Notes: a model not told the origin generated them from the letters alone. A stretch of DNA of 64,000 bases from an uncultured virus (IMG/VR IMGVR_UViG_3300042564_004560) (IMGVR_UViG_3300042564_004560); one strand, 5' to 3'. Shown: positions 17,663-28,618, numbered from the stretch's first letter. A program made the numbers and translations.

Positions 17663-19744
17663 TTACATAAATTTTCCTGTTTGAGTAGCTAATCCAACAG
17701 TGTATACTTTACCATCTTCTGTTATGTTTGACGCCACTGATTTATTTGACGAAGAATTAAATTGTAACATCAAATTTGGACTACCATCGGGCATAGGTCC
17801 TGTTGGCATACCTGACGATTGTAACGCTTGTATTGTTTTCATGGTCATTTGTGTTGCGGATATACCAGGTAATGACCCTGCCAATGCTAAAAGTGGTAAT
17901 GGTATTTCAGGTTGAGCAGTAGGTATAAGTTGTCCAATTGTTGTAAGTAATAATAAAATATTATCTAATAAATTTTTACATTTTCTGTAATCATCAATTA
18001 ATTGGGAAATAAGTAATGCAATTTGAATTAATCGTAAAATCATTGCGATTTTTTTTCCGTATCTTTCTTTAACAAGGTCAATAACTATTTCAGACATTAA
18101 ATTAATAATCTCTTTTTTTAATATTTCAAATAACGCTTTTAAAAATTCTGAATTAACTCTTGATATTACTTGTATTGAAAATGATTTGTATACTTTTAAA
18201 AAATCAGACGCATTTGTTACAACATTACTATTTGGTTGATTAACATTTGCTCCTGTGTTACCAATAGTGTTTACCGATTGTGTCGCAGTGTTTGCACTTG
18301 TAATTGCCTGATTATATGTGTATGTTGCCCCTGATTGAACTACGGATAATAATGTGTATAGAGGTAATAATACTTTTGGGCTTAACACACTGGCTGCAAC
18401 TGCTAACGGTATTTGTTTAATAATATTAGTGTTTATTGAAACTTTAACATCAAAATTTGCAGGAATGGCAAGTTTCCATTCTGGATTTTCAGAAATAGAA
18501 TCTATCATTTGTTCAACAAATGCAACTTGTTGTGCAACCGTCTTCCCTGTTGACTCTCTAAATTCAATTAATTGACTAATAAGTGATTCACTATCGACAG
18601 GTAATTTAATATTATTACAGTCTTCAAATTCCATCACACCATTCTGAATGTTAGAAATTTTAACTTGAATATTTCTTAAATCAACTTCAGTTAATTCATA
18701 AAAACTATCATCAACACCATCTAATTCAGCGATTTTAGCTACCCCACTAACATCAATTTCTCTTCTATTATCAAAACATAATCCTAAAATTCTTTGTATT
18801 AATAATTCAAATTTAGTTGATTGCTCTAATTGTCCAAATCCTGCTTGTAGATTAATACTAACCGCTCCTGAAATAAGGTTTATAAGATTTGCGGTAATAT
18901 CAACATTATCTACTAATTTGATAGAACTATAATAATCAGATAAAAATTCTCCGACTTGGTTACCAACATTACCTGAATCATTTGTACGATTAAGTAATAT
19001 AACTCTGTAATAATCTCCGGTAACTCCAAAACTATTTGTATTTGAATATTGGACATCAAATAAATTTTGACCTGATTTACCTAAATAATTTTGACCATTA
19101 ATATCACTAAAAGACCTACCTTGATTATTTTGAGTCATCAAAGTATAAAGTTGTTTGTTCATTGGAAATGCTACATCACCACCATACGGTTTAAATTTTG
19201 AATCTGCTGAAGGTTGTTCTTTTTCGTAAAAAATTTTACCAAAATCAGTCTCAGGAGATTGTTTTAAATTTGAAAAAAGGTCAATTGAACTAACAGGTAT
19301 GTAAATACCATCGGCTTGCGGTAACAAAGCCATTGGTGTTGATTGTAATGTCGCAGGGTCAGTTCCTTGAAATGTTTGTTCTATTGAACATCCTAAAGCC
19401 TTAATTGTTTCTTCTTTAACAATACCAGCAAGTTTTGGTTCTATTATGGCGGCAATCTCCAACATTTTTTTTTGTATAAATGAAGAAGTACCTGACCCAG
19501 AACCTTTAAGTTGATTTACAAATGCCAACATTTGGGACATTGAATTAGGTGGCTCCCTTTGAAATCTTTTTTGTTGGTCTTTAATCTTATTTAATTGTGT
19601 AGTTAACTGTGTTGTAGATTTTGTAGCAGAATTAGCGGCATTTTTAACTAAATCCTTTCCAGCAGTAGAAACTTCTAAATAAGTTTTTGCTGATTGGATT
19701 TTACTTTGAATGGATTCCGCTGCCGAGTTAATATCTAATTCCAT
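17663..19744 (-). CDS. Hypothetical large protein, probably structural
   Basis: 693 aa in late operon with spike gene. Confidence 0.6.
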   Translation of the reverse strand: MELDINSAAESIQSKIQSAKTYLEVSTAGKDLVKNAANSATKSTTQLTTQLNKIKDQQKRFQREPPNSMSQMLAFVNQLKGSGSGTSSFIQKKMLEIAAIIEPKLAGIVKEETIKALGCSIEQTFQGTDPATLQSTPMALLPQADGIYIPVSSIDLFSNLKQSPETDFGKIFYEKEQPSADSKFKPYGGDVAFPMNKQLYTLMTQNNQGRSFSDINGQNYLGKSGQNLFDVQYSNTNSFGVTGDYYRVILLNRTNDSGNVGNQVGEFLSDYYSSIKLVDNVDITANLINLISGAVSINLQAGFGQLEQSTKFELLIQRILGLCFDNRREIDVSGVAKIAELDGVDDSFYELTEVDLRNIQVKISNIQNGVMEFEDCNNIKLPVDSESLISQLIEFRESTGKTVAQQVAFVEQMIDSISENPEWKLAIPANFDVKVSINTNIIKQIPLAVAASVLSPKVLLPLYTLLSVVQSGATYTYNQAITSANTATQSVNTIGNTGANVNQPNSNVVTNASDFLKVYKSFSIQVISRVNSEFLKALFEILKKEIINLMSEIVIDLVKERYGKKIAMILRLIQIALLISQLIDDYRKCKNLLDNILLLLTTIGQLIPTAQPEIPLPLLALAGSLPGISATQMTMKTIQALQSSGMPTGPMPDGSPNLMLQFNSSSNKSVASNITEDGKVYTVGLATQTGKFM

Positions 19745-19747
19745 ATA

Positions 19748-20113
19748 TTATCTCATTCTGTAAGTTTCTTCGTCATTTGAAACATCTTTATCTATTAGAT
19801 TTTGAATTATATCATCATCTAAATCTGCCATTGAGAATGATTCAGTATTATTATTACTTTTTTCCCAAATTCCTGATTGAAGTTTTGAAAGACTAATTTT
19901 CTTTTCAACACAATCATTAACTATTTTTTGTTGTTTTTCAATGACAGGACCAATAGTGGTCATATCTGCAGGGTCTTTTAACATAGATAACATTTTATTT
20001 TGTATTCTAATTGCAGTCTGTCTTTGTTCTACAAGTTCATTGTAGATTTCTTGCATTAAAGATAATATTGAATCTTTAGTAAAATTAATTTCTTTTCTTT
20101 GAGGTCTAGGCAT
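19748..20113 (-). CDS. Hypothetical coiled-coil protein
   Basis: 121 aa; late motif 4 nt upstream. Confidence 0.6.
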   Translation of the reverse strand: MPRPQRKEINFTKDSILSLMQEIYNELVEQRQTAIRIQNKMLSMLKDPADMTTIGPVIEKQQKIVNDCVEKKISLSKLQSGIWEKSNNNTESFSMADLDDDIIQNLIDKDVSNDEETYRMR

Positions 20114-20116
20114 AAC

Positions 20117-20124
20117 TATAAATA
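20117..20124 (-). promoter_or_regulatory. Putative late promoter motif TATTTATA
   Basis: Plus strand TATAAATA; 7-mer ends 4 nt before ATG 20113. Confidence 0.6.
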
Positions 20125-20132
20125 CTTTTCTA

Positions 20133-20879
20133 TTAGTTTTTCATTTTAATTTGAATAATCATGTACAATTTTTTAAATCTTTTAATAGAACTTCTAATTT
20201 CTTTAGTGCTTAAATTTGTCATTTCTCTTAAAGAAAGTAGAATAACATTTTTATTAAATTTGTTATTATCCGCTCCTGAAAATATTGTTTCATAATTATC
20301 AAATAAATCAACAAGGGCATATCCTAATTTTCGTTCATTCTCATTTAAATTTTCTAATTCAATAAAATCTTTTAATTCTTTTAAATATTCATTGATGACG
20401 ACTTGAGTTTCCACAATATCATCATCAATTCTATAACTCATATCAGCTCTTTCTTCTAAACTAGCCGAAATATCTTCGTATGAAATTTTTCTATTTGTTT
20501 CTTTTTGGTCTTTAATTATTTGACCCATCAAATAATTTTTACAAATAGTACCAAAATAAGAATAGGCCTTTTTATTCTTATCTGGTTTAAATTTATCAAC
20601 CTTTGTCATTAAAAAAGAATGAGTGTCGGTGTGAATTTCAGTAAAGTCCATATCTTTACGATATAATTTATATCGTCGTATGATGGATGAAATCATCTTA
20701 TCGAGAGGGCCTCTTAAAAATTCGTTATAAATTTTATTTTTATCTTGTGAACTTTCAGCAATTAAAAAATTTCTAACCGCTTCTTCTTCTCTTACATCAA
20801 AATAATTTAAATTGACTGGCTTTCTCCCCCTTTTTTTAGATAAAACATCTTCTGTCGTTGCAGATAGAGTTTCTTGCAT
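20133..20879 (-). CDS. RNA polymerase sigma factor, T4 gp55-like (late)
   Basis: KVDKFKPDKNKKAYSYFGTICKNYL resembles sigma region 2 / gp55 FDPEK..PFAYFT motif. Confidence 0.7.
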   Translation of the reverse strand: MQETLSATTEDVLSKKRGRKPVNLNYFDVREEEAVRNFLIAESSQDKNKIYNEFLRGPLDKMISSIIRRYKLYRKDMDFTEIHTDTHSFLMTKVDKFKPDKNKKAYSYFGTICKNYLMGQIIKDQKETNRKISYEDISASLEERADMSYRIDDDIVETQVVINEYLKELKDFIELENLNENERKLGYALVDLFDNYETIFSGADNNKFNKNVILLSLREMTNLSTKEIRSSIKRFKKLYMIIQIKMKN

Positions 20880-21686
20880 TTATACATTTTCAGATTGATA
20901 TTTTATGACTCTATCGTCAGTGAAAAAATATTCTTTTTTTGCGGTTTGAATCCAAAATTTAACTTCATCTTCAACCATTCTTTCATCACCATTTTTGTAA
21001 TTCCAAAAAATTGAACCTTCTCTTAAATTAACATGTTTGTATCCAAGTTTTGGTATTGTCATAATAGATACTGAATTGTAAGTAAGTCTTAATAAAAACT
21101 CATAAATAAATGTAAGTTTCATTGAGGATTTAAACCCTCCAAAGTCTTCAATAATTTCTTTTTTAAATACGGAACCCGCTGTTTGGAAATTTTGATAATC
21201 TTGTAATGTTTCATTAGTTAAAAATCCCATCTCTTGTGTAAAGTTTGCAGCGAATGTTGCCTCATTAGTAAATCCTGCGAAAAGACCTTTTTCATCAGTT
21301 TCAACCACTACAGGTAAAAACATTTGTGTTTCAGGGTAAGCTTCAGAATATGTTTTAACATTTTTAAACCAAATAGACGAATATTCGTCATCAAATTCAA
21401 AAAGGGATACCCAAGTACTCTTTGCGTTTTTTATTCCATAATTCACTTGTTCACAATAGTTAGGAGCTTCTCCCCATGGTAATTTAGATACTTGTAAATC
21501 GCCAAAATCATAATTGTTAAGATGATTAACTAATGATTCTTCATTAGTGTGTACAATGATTAACTCTTCAAAACCAACTTGTTGAGTTTTAAGAGATGAT
21601 ATTGCCTTTTCAAAATAGTCCTCAAAGTTTTTTGCTTTTGAGGATTTAATTGGTAGTATAACCGAAAGTGATAATTTATTGCTCAT
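20880..21686 (-). CDS. Glycosyltransferase family 2
   Basis: LSVILP N-terminus, FEFDDEY DxD-like motif. Confidence 0.75.
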   Translation of the reverse strand: MSNKLSLSVILPIKSSKAKNFEDYFEKAISSLKTQQVGFEELIIVHTNEESLVNHLNNYDFGDLQVSKLPWGEAPNYCEQVNYGIKNAKSTWVSLFEFDDEYSSIWFKNVKTYSEAYPETQMFLPVVVETDEKGLFAGFTNEATFAANFTQEMGFLTNETLQDYQNFQTAGSVFKKEIIEDFGGFKSSMKLTFIYEFLLRLTYNSVSIMTIPKLGYKHVNLREGSIFWNYKNGDERMVEDEVKFWIQTAKKEYFFTDDRVIKYQSENV

Positions 21687-21687
21687 A

Positions 21688-22740
21688 TTATTCTTCTGTT
21701 TTTGAAATTTGTTGTTCGAATGAATCCGCTCTATTGTTTAAGTAACCACTAAATAAGGTTACAACTGATGATTCAAATTTATGTTTATCTGAAAATGGTT
21801 CCACAGTTTTTTTCATTTCATCAAAAACTTCAGGATTTATATTATCCTCAAGCCAATTTTGTACATAATCTGCGATAATGTCTGGAAATAATGTTTGGTC
21901 TGTAATCCAAATACCATTGTTTTCTGTCATCCAATCAGGAGATAGATTTGGTACTTTACCAATCACAGGTACATTACATTTCATAGATTCTAATGGGAAT
22001 GTACCAAACCCACTGTGGTCGTCAATCCAAACACTAACAAAACAATCACTTAAAGAATTGGCAAATTCTTTTTCAGAAAGACCTCTTAAATCTCTAAATG
22101 TGAACCATCTATATTGAGGGAATTTTAAATAAAAAGCTTTAATGATGTTTATAGAATCACTTTGTTCTTTAGTGTGAATACCAATAATTGGCATTGGGGG
22201 TGTTGATTTTGGTTTAAAAAATTCTGTGATATACGGCTCAATAATATCAAAAGACGCTTGTCTCATAATTCTTTCCGCATATTCTTTTTGTTTGTTTGAT
22301 GTTGTTAAACATTTCATAAACCCAAATTGAGACCATGATTGTCCTGGTTGTAATGTTTCTAACATATGTGCGTATTGTTGATTAAATACAATTTTTGCAC
22401 AAGGTAATTGTTTTACTTGGTCCATTACGTACCCAAAAATTTCAGGTATGATTAAAAAATCTTCAGGTGAGATTTCTAAATTTTGTCCCTCAATAGCTCT
22501 ATGAGGTAAAGACATATATTCCTCATTTAACCAAGCAGCGACACCAGCGTATTCTGCCTTTTCGTGTAATATGATTGGATTAAATCCGTTGTCTTTTAAT
22601 GTTTTTGCCATTTGGTAAATAAGTCTGATAGAAGCCTTTGCGTTACCTTTAGTATCTTGTACTAAAAAATATATCCTTGCTTGTTTATCTCTTAATACTT
22701 GGATGGAGTTTAATACTTTTTCTTGAATTGTGTTTTCCAT
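21688..22740 (-). CDS. GT-B fold (GT4-like) glycosyltransferase
   Basis: SGFGTFPLESMKCNVPVIG motif. Confidence 0.7.
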   Translation of the reverse strand: MENTIQEKVLNSIQVLRDKQARIYFLVQDTKGNAKASIRLIYQMAKTLKDNGFNPIILHEKAEYAGVAAWLNEEYMSLPHRAIEGQNLEISPEDFLIIPEIFGYVMDQVKQLPCAKIVFNQQYAHMLETLQPGQSWSQFGFMKCLTTSNKQKEYAERIMRQASFDIIEPYITEFFKPKSTPPMPIIGIHTKEQSDSINIIKAFYLKFPQYRWFTFRDLRGLSEKEFANSLSDCFVSVWIDDHSGFGTFPLESMKCNVPVIGKVPNLSPDWMTENNGIWITDQTLFPDIIADYVQNWLEDNINPEVFDEMKKTVEPFSDKHKFESSVVTLFSGYLNNRADSFEQQISKTEE

Positions 22741-22744
22741 ATTA

Positions 22745-23026
22745 TTAATAATGATTGATTAATTTTTTATTTAAAAGACTATTAAATGCTATTCTAAAGG
22801 GAATACTTGTGTTTGAACTACCTTTCATCCCTAATTTTTCATCAACAGTGTCTTGTTCAGTTAAGATTGTTTCTAATAACATTTTTACCATATCAAATTT
22901 GATAATGTTAATTTTTATTTCTGTCTCTCCTGATAAAGTTTCAGGTATTTCCTTGTCTGACATGTCAAGGTATTGTTCAATTACATCTAAATCAATGTAA
23001 TAATTTTCTCCTAATACACTTATCAT
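22745..23026 (-). CDS. Hypothetical protein
   Basis: 93 aa, ATGA overlap with upstream gene. Confidence 0.6.
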   Translation of the reverse strand: MISVLGENYYIDLDVIEQYLDMSDKEIPETLSGETEIKINIIKFDMVKMLLETILTEQDTVDEKLGMKGSSNTSIPFRIAFNSLLNKKLINHY

Positions 23027-23619
23027 ATTATTTCTTCTATTTTTAATTTGAGTTCTTTAATCTTTGATATTGAATACTCTGTTTTTATATCTGAGTTATA
23101 AGATGTGTCATATTTAACAATGATTTTATCCTCAGGATGGTTTAATAATAGTTTAGGATTTGCTGTAAGTAAAATGTCTACTGAATTCCAAAGTAAATTA
23201 ATTGTACTTTCACTATAAAATCTAACAGATTCAATCAAACATCCAAATTTAGAAATGAAAAATAAAGTCGCTGGTTTAGATTTTCCAATTTCATCTGAAA
23301 CAATTACTATTTCGTGATTGTCTCTCATATCTAAATAAAAATCATTTAAGTCTGACATACTTGAATTTTCTACGGAACCTGAATGTCCAAAAATTTCCAT
23401 GGTATGTTCTTTGTATAAAAAATTATACAAATCATCTTCATCTTTAAAATTAAGATGAGAAAGTATATCTAAAGAAGTTAAGTCAGATATTACTTTATAC
23501 TCAAACTCTTCTTCGTTTTCTTCTTTAAATGGATTATCAATATACCATTTTTCATACTCTTGTTGAATTTTTTTTAAAGTATCTCTAAGTACACCATTTA
23601 CCTCAATACCAATTCTCAT
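23023..23619 (-). CDS. HAD-superfamily 5'(3')-nucleotidase-like protein with degenerate motif I
   Basis: MRIGIEVNGVLRD compared with canonical IGIDxDGVLxD. Confidence 0.6.
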   Translation of the reverse strand: MRIGIEVNGVLRDTLKKIQQEYEKWYIDNPFKEENEEEFEYKVISDLTSLDILSHLNFKDEDDLYNFLYKEHTMEIFGHSGSVENSSMSDLNDFYLDMRDNHEIVIVSDEIGKSKPATLFFISKFGCLIESVRFYSESTINLLWNSVDILLTANPKLLLNHPEDKIIVKYDTSYNSDIKTEYSISKIKELKLKIEEII

Positions 23620-24356
23620 TCTTCGTATCTTTTTAAGATTTTAGAAATTAATGGATTTCTCACAATATCTTCTGGTTTAAATTCAAATACCCCAACATCT
23701 TCCATGTCTTGGAATTTTTTAAGAGCATCCCACAATCCTGTTTGGGTTTTATCTTTATGTCTATCAAATTGTTCTAAATCTCCTGATATAAAAAACTTGG
23801 AGTTAAAACCAATTCGGGTTAATAATAATTTCATTTGACTTGGAGTTGAATTTTGAGCTTCTTCAAAAATTAAAATTGAGTTATCAATATTCATTCCTCT
23901 CATATAAGCTAACGCAAAAACTTCAATCGCTTCAATATCTTTTAGTTTTTCTCTTATGTCTTTACCAATAATTTTATTTAAAAGATAATATGAGGGAAAA
24001 ATATAAGGGTCTAACTTTTCCTCAACCCCACCAGGTAAACTACCTAATTTTTCTTCAGCTTCTACTGCCGGTCTTACAATAATAATTTTTTCATATGGAG
24101 TTGTTGGGTCAATTAATAAGTCCACAGCCGCTTTCATTGCTATGTAACTTTTACCAACTCCCGCAGGTCCTGAACATATTGTAATTTGATTTGTAGATAA
24201 CTTATCATAATATGTTTTTTGACTTTCTGATAAAAATTTTTGTTTTGTCTTTTTAGGGACAATTGAACAAATTAAATCTTTTTTATTGATAGGTTTGTTA
24301 GTTGTTTCAGGTGTAGGTGTTGGTTTAGTGTTCTTTGATTTGCTGTATGTCGCCAT
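23616..24356 (-). CDS. phoH: PhoH-family ATPase
   Basis: GPAGVGKS, RPAVEAEEKLGSLPG, AYMRG, EEAQN, GDLEQ. Confidence 0.92.
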   Translation of the reverse strand: MATYSKSKNTKPTPTPETTNKPINKKDLICSIVPKKTKQKFLSESQKTYYDKLSTNQITICSGPAGVGKSYIAMKAAVDLLIDPTTPYEKIIIVRPAVEAEEKLGSLPGGVEEKLDPYIFPSYYLLNKIIGKDIREKLKDIEAIEVFALAYMRGMNIDNSILIFEEAQNSTPSQMKLLLTRIGFNSKFFISGDLEQFDRHKDKTQTGLWDALKKFQDMEDVGVFEFKPEDIVRNPLISKILKRYEE

Positions 24357-24374
24357 TTAAATTATTTTAATTGT

Positions 24375-24758
24375 TTATTTGTATTCAATATAATCTTTTT
24401 GTTCTCTAACTTCTGAATTGGTTATATCGTTAATTTTATTTTTTAACGAAAACCTTTCATCATTAGTGTAGTATACTTTTCTTGCTAATTCAATAAAATG
24501 GGAATCAAAATTTTTTGTTGATTCAATTGTTCTTAACTCATCCTCAATTTCCCATAAATTTAAATTAACTTCGTTTAGTTCACGGTATAATTTTAAAATT
24601 TCTTCATCATCTAAATAAATTGATGACATATTATAAATTAGTTCAAATTCATTATTAATGAATGATAATTTTTCTTCATTTAAAATCTTTGTTTTTTTTA
24701 CATGGAGAATAGATAATTTATCAATCAACTCTCCAACACTTACAGGTATTGTTACCAT
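24375..24758 (-). CDS. DUF6165-like protein
   Basis: IPVSVGELIDKLSIL...LWEIEDELR...LARKVYYTNDERFSLK. Confidence 0.65.
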   Translation of the reverse strand: MVTIPVSVGELIDKLSILHVKKTKILNEEKLSFINNEFELIYNMSSIYLDDEEILKLYRELNEVNLNLWEIEDELRTIESTKNFDSHFIELARKVYYTNDERFSLKNKINDITNSEVREQKDYIEYK

Positions 24759-24761
24759 AAT

Positions 24762-25742
24762 TTAATTTTTTGTGTAAAAGTTTATCCAATGTTCAATCAT
24801 TTCATCTAACATTGCCTCAAATGTGTATTCAGGTGACCATCCTGTTACCAAATTTAATTTTGATGAGTCTCCCTTTAAATCACGAAGTTCCTCAGGTCTT
24901 AAGAATTTTTCATCAACTGTAACATAGTCTTTATAATTTAACCCTAACTTTGAAAAAGTATACTCACATAAATCTTCTACTGAATGTGAAATCCCTGTCG
25001 AACATACATAATCATCTGGTTTGTCTTGTTGTAATATCATCCACATTGCTTTTACATAATCTTTAGCGTGGCCCCAATCTCTAGTTGCTTCTAAATTACC
25101 TAATTTTAATTCATTTGATAATCCTAATTTAATCTTAACCGCTTCTTTACAAACTTTATTTGTAACAAAGTTTGTTCCTCGTCTTGGAGATTCGTGATTA
25201 AATAAAATACCGTTGGAAATAAACATACCATACGAGTTTCTATAGTTTCTCCCAATATTATAACTAAACACTTTGGCACACCCATAAGGTGATACAGGAT
25301 TTAATGGGGTGGATTCTCTTTGGAACCCATCTTCGTCAATTGAGTTTCCAAACATTTCTGAAGAAGATGCTTGGTATATTTTAATAGACGGTTTAATTAA
25401 TTTAACTGCTTCTAATAAATTAAGAGTTCCAATACCTGTGACATTGGCTGTGTATATTGGTTGGTCAAACGAAATCCTAACATGGGATTGTGCTGCCAAA
25501 TTATAAATTTCATCAGGATTTGTTTTTTGAATTACAGAAATTAATGAAGATAAATCAGTTAAATCCGAGTAGTGTAGGTTAATTTGGTTAAATATGTTAT
25601 CCAATCTTGCAGTTTGGTTTTCTGCTACTGAATTTCTTTTTAAAGTCCCGTGTACTTCATATCCTTTTTCAAGTAAAAATTCTGCTAAATAAGAACCATC
25701 TTGACCATTTATTCCTGTTATAAGTGCAATTTTTTTTGACAT
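24762..25742 (-). CDS. gmd: GDP-mannose 4,6-dehydratase
   Basis: ALITGINGQDGSYLAEFLL, NLAAQSHV, YQASSSEMFG, SPYGCAK, LFNHESPRRG, RDWGHAKDYV. Confidence 0.95.
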   Translation of the reverse strand: MSKKIALITGINGQDGSYLAEFLLEKGYEVHGTLKRNSVAENQTARLDNIFNQINLHYSDLTDLSSLISVIQKTNPDEIYNLAAQSHVRISFDQPIYTANVTGIGTLNLLEAVKLIKPSIKIYQASSSEMFGNSIDEDGFQRESTPLNPVSPYGCAKVFSYNIGRNYRNSYGMFISNGILFNHESPRRGTNFVTNKVCKEAVKIKLGLSNELKLGNLEATRDWGHAKDYVKAMWMILQQDKPDDYVCSTGISHSVEDLCEYTFSKLGLNYKDYVTVDEKFLRPEELRDLKGDSSKLNLVTGWSPEYTFEAMLDEMIEHWINFYTKN

Positions 25743-25743
25743 A

Positions 25744-26532
25744 TTAATTTAATCTTGTGTAGTTTAATTTTGAGTTTGAAAATATTGAGAATGTTGATAA
25801 ATTTGACTTAGTACAAAATAATTTTTTTGTCATACCTAAAGTATACGCACCAAAAACAATTTCTTGAATGTGTTGTTTAATTGACTCCTCATCATTTTTT
25901 AATTTAAAAAATGGATTATCTTCAGTCTTTGATGAAGTAAATTCATCAAAAGTTATTAGTTTATTACCGTATCTTTTTTTAAATTCATTTAAATCATTAA
26001 GATTATCACACATTAAAAACACATTTTCAAACTCTTCTTTTTCTAATGTCTTAAATATTTCTGATAAATCTATTGTTGAAACATAGTGTACACTTGACAT
26101 ATCAGTGGCTCTTCTATGAAATCCTATAGTTTTTGTAAAATCAATTTGGGGATGTCTTGACGAAAATAATTGTTTCATCTCATCATTTAATATAAAGTTA
26201 TCTTTAATAATTGATTCACACATTTTTAAGTCTTTTGGTACAAATGTTTCACTTTCATACGCATTTAATGGTGAAATATAATTAACTAACTCAATGTTAG
26301 AATATTCATTAACATTATTTAAATAATCATCTTTGTCTTGGACAAAACAAACATCATAAATGTTTTGACTACCATAACCAAATATATTTGATAAGTCATA
26401 ATATATTTTTAATTTTTCATCTGGATAATTTAACAATACATTATGTATATGGACAACAGCTTCGGTTATGTATGAAAAATAACCTCTTTGATGAACACCA
26501 TTACCTCTTGCGGGTTTAAAGTACTTCAACAT
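25744..26532 (-). CDS. NodZ/GT23-like fucosyltransferase
   Basis: RGYFSY N-terminus, IGFHRRATD, VFLMCD, SNLSTF motifs. Confidence 0.6.
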   Translation of the reverse strand: MLKYFKPARGNGVHQRGYFSYITEAVVHIHNVLLNYPDEKLKIYYDLSNIFGYGSQNIYDVCFVQDKDDYLNNVNEYSNIELVNYISPLNAYESETFVPKDLKMCESIIKDNFILNDEMKQLFSSRHPQIDFTKTIGFHRRATDMSSVHYVSTIDLSEIFKTLEKEEFENVFLMCDNLNDLNEFKKRYGNKLITFDEFTSSKTEDNPFFKLKNDEESIKQHIQEIVFGAYTLGMTKKLFCTKSNLSTFSIFSNSKLNYTRLN

Positions 26533-26537
26533 CTATA

Positions 26538-27698
26538 TTAATATTTTAGTAAGATATCACAAATTCTATCAATATCTTCTTTTGTCATTTTATCATGATT
26601 TGGAACATAAACTCCTCTTTCATCTATAATTGAACAATTAGGTAATTTATTCTCACCATATAATTTTTTGTAAAATGGTTGAGTCCCCATAGACCCTGAA
26701 ATTAATGGTCTACATGAAATATTATTGTCCGTTAATTCTTTAATTAAATTTTCTTTATCTATTAAAGTTTTAGTGATAACAGGGATTGCAAAATTTGATG
26801 TATAACTATCGTCAAAAGTTTTAGGAAACCATGTCTTACCTTCTAGTTTAGATTTGTAATATAGGAAATTTTCATATCGATTATTAATCATCCCATCAAC
26901 TTTATCTAATTGTTTAACTCCAATTTGTGCTTGTAAATCGGTACTTCTTACATTAAATCCTGGTATGTAAAATGTGTATAACGCAGAGAAATCCGTCACA
27001 TCCCATTCTTTTCTTAATTCTTGTTGTTTTTCAGATGACAAATCTCTATCCCATCCGTGACTTCTAAGTTGTAATAAAGTGTCATAAATTTCGTCATCAT
27101 TGGTTGTAATTACACCACCTTCAATAGTTGACATAGTATGTCCAAAGTACGTTGAGAATGAAGACATTAATCCAAAATTACCAAGTTTAGTTCCTTTAAA
27201 TTTAGTCCCTTGAGATTCGCAATTATCTTCAAGTAAAATCACATCGTATTTTTCACATAACTCAACAATTGAATCCATGTCAGGGGATAATCCCAATACT
27301 GATACCAATATTAATACTGATGGTTGTTCTGTTTTAAACACTTCTTCAAGATGATTTAAATCAACTGAAAGGTTATCTAAATTACAATCAATTAATAATG
27401 GGTGCATATCAAACTGAAGTACTGGTGCTAAATCTGTTGCCCAACATAATGATGGTACACAAACTTTATTGTTCTTCATTTTATTAAGAACTTTTAACGC
27501 GTATAACATAAGCAAATTTGCTGATGAACCTGAGTTAACAAATACTGAATATTTTGACCCCAACCATTGGGACCATTTATTCTCAAATTCAATTGTTTTA
27601 GAACCTTTAGTTAATCTTGGGTAATCTTTTAACCATTCAATCAAGTTATCAATGTCTTGGTTATCAATAGTGTCTTGAATTAAATCAATTCTTTTCAT
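26538..27698 (-). CDS. PLP-dependent GDP-4-keto-6-deoxymannose 3-dehydratase (ColD-like, DegT/DnrJ family)
   Basis: VNSGSSANLL, LEDNCES, FSTYFGHTMSTIEGG (His at the usual PLP-Lys position), LRSHGWDR. Confidence 0.78.
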   Translation of the reverse strand: MKRIDLIQDTIDNQDIDNLIEWLKDYPRLTKGSKTIEFENKWSQWLGSKYSVFVNSGSSANLLMLYALKVLNKMKNNKVCVPSLCWATDLAPVLQFDMHPLLIDCNLDNLSVDLNHLEEVFKTEQPSVLILVSVLGLSPDMDSIVELCEKYDVILLEDNCESQGTKFKGTKLGNFGLMSSFSTYFGHTMSTIEGGVITTNDDEIYDTLLQLRSHGWDRDLSSEKQQELRKEWDVTDFSALYTFYIPGFNVRSTDLQAQIGVKQLDKVDGMINNRYENFLYYKSKLEGKTWFPKTFDDSYTSNFAIPVITKTLIDKENLIKELTDNNISCRPLISGSMGTQPFYKKLYGENKLPNCSIIDERGVYVPNHDKMTKEDIDRICDILLKY

Positions 27699-28618
27699 TT
27701 TCTTAGTGTTTTATAATTTTTAATAAACCAATCAATGGTTTCGGTAATTCCTTGTTCTATGTTAACGTATTCATAATCTTTAGGTATATCTGATTTTGCT
27801 GGTTTTCTAAACTGTCCTCTTGGTTTTGTTTCGTCAAAAAGTAATTTATCATCCTCAATACCAAATTTTTTGACAACAATTTTAACAATGTCCATAACTG
27901 AATGTTCATTATCATTAACCGCCATAAATGGAACATCACTATTCCAATTATCAATTGACCATAAAATAATTTTAGCTAAATCTTTTGAATGTATAAATTG
28001 TCTTAATGGACTTCCGTCTCCCCAAACCACAAAGTCTTCATCATTTTCTTTACAATTATATGCTCTGTGAATGATACCAGGAATCATATGACTATGGTCA
28101 GGATGAAAATTGTCATGAGGCCCATAAACATTTGTAGGTACAATCGTAATCCAATTGTTACCTGTTAATTGTCTAATAATTTTTGTTTGATATCCCGATA
28201 ATCTTTTGGCGTAAGAATACCCATGATTAGATGGGTGAGGAGGTGCAATATCTATTTGGTCTGCAGTTAATGGATAAGTAATGTTTGTGTCAGGAAAAAT
28301 ACAAGTGGAAGATAAATTTACAAAATTTTTAATTCCATTTTCAAATGATGAAGTGATAACATTGTTATTTATTTTATAGTTTTCTATAAAAAAAGTTTCG
28401 TTATTTGTTGAATTTGCTTGAACTCCACCAACCATTGCTGCACAATGTATGATTGTGTCAACACCTGAATTTTTTACATGATAAGTAATATACTCATTGG
28501 TTGATTTTTCATCAGTTAAATCGGCATCTTTTCTTGTGTGATACACATGGTTCTCCCCTAATAATTCTCTTAACGCATTTCCAACTAATCCGTTGGAACC
28601 TGTTACTAATACTTTCAT
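27695..28618 (-). CDS. GDP-L-fucose/GDP-colitose synthase (Fcl/WcaG/ColC family)
   Basis: VTGSNGLVG, AAMVGG, LSSTCIFP, YSYAKR, PTNVYGPHDNF, WGDGSPLRQFIHS. Confidence 0.88.
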   Translation of the reverse strand: MKVLVTGSNGLVGNALRELLGENHVYHTRKDADLTDEKSTNEYITYHVKNSGVDTIIHCAAMVGGVQANSTNNETFFIENYKINNNVITSSFENGIKNFVNLSSTCIFPDTNITYPLTADQIDIAPPHPSNHGYSYAKRLSGYQTKIIRQLTGNNWITIVPTNVYGPHDNFHPDHSHMIPGIIHRAYNCKENDEDFVVWGDGSPLRQFIHSKDLAKIILWSIDNWNSDVPFMAVNDNEHSVMDIVKIVVKKFGIEDDKLLFDETKPRGQFRKPAKSDIPKDYEYVNIEQGITETIDWFIKNYKTLRK

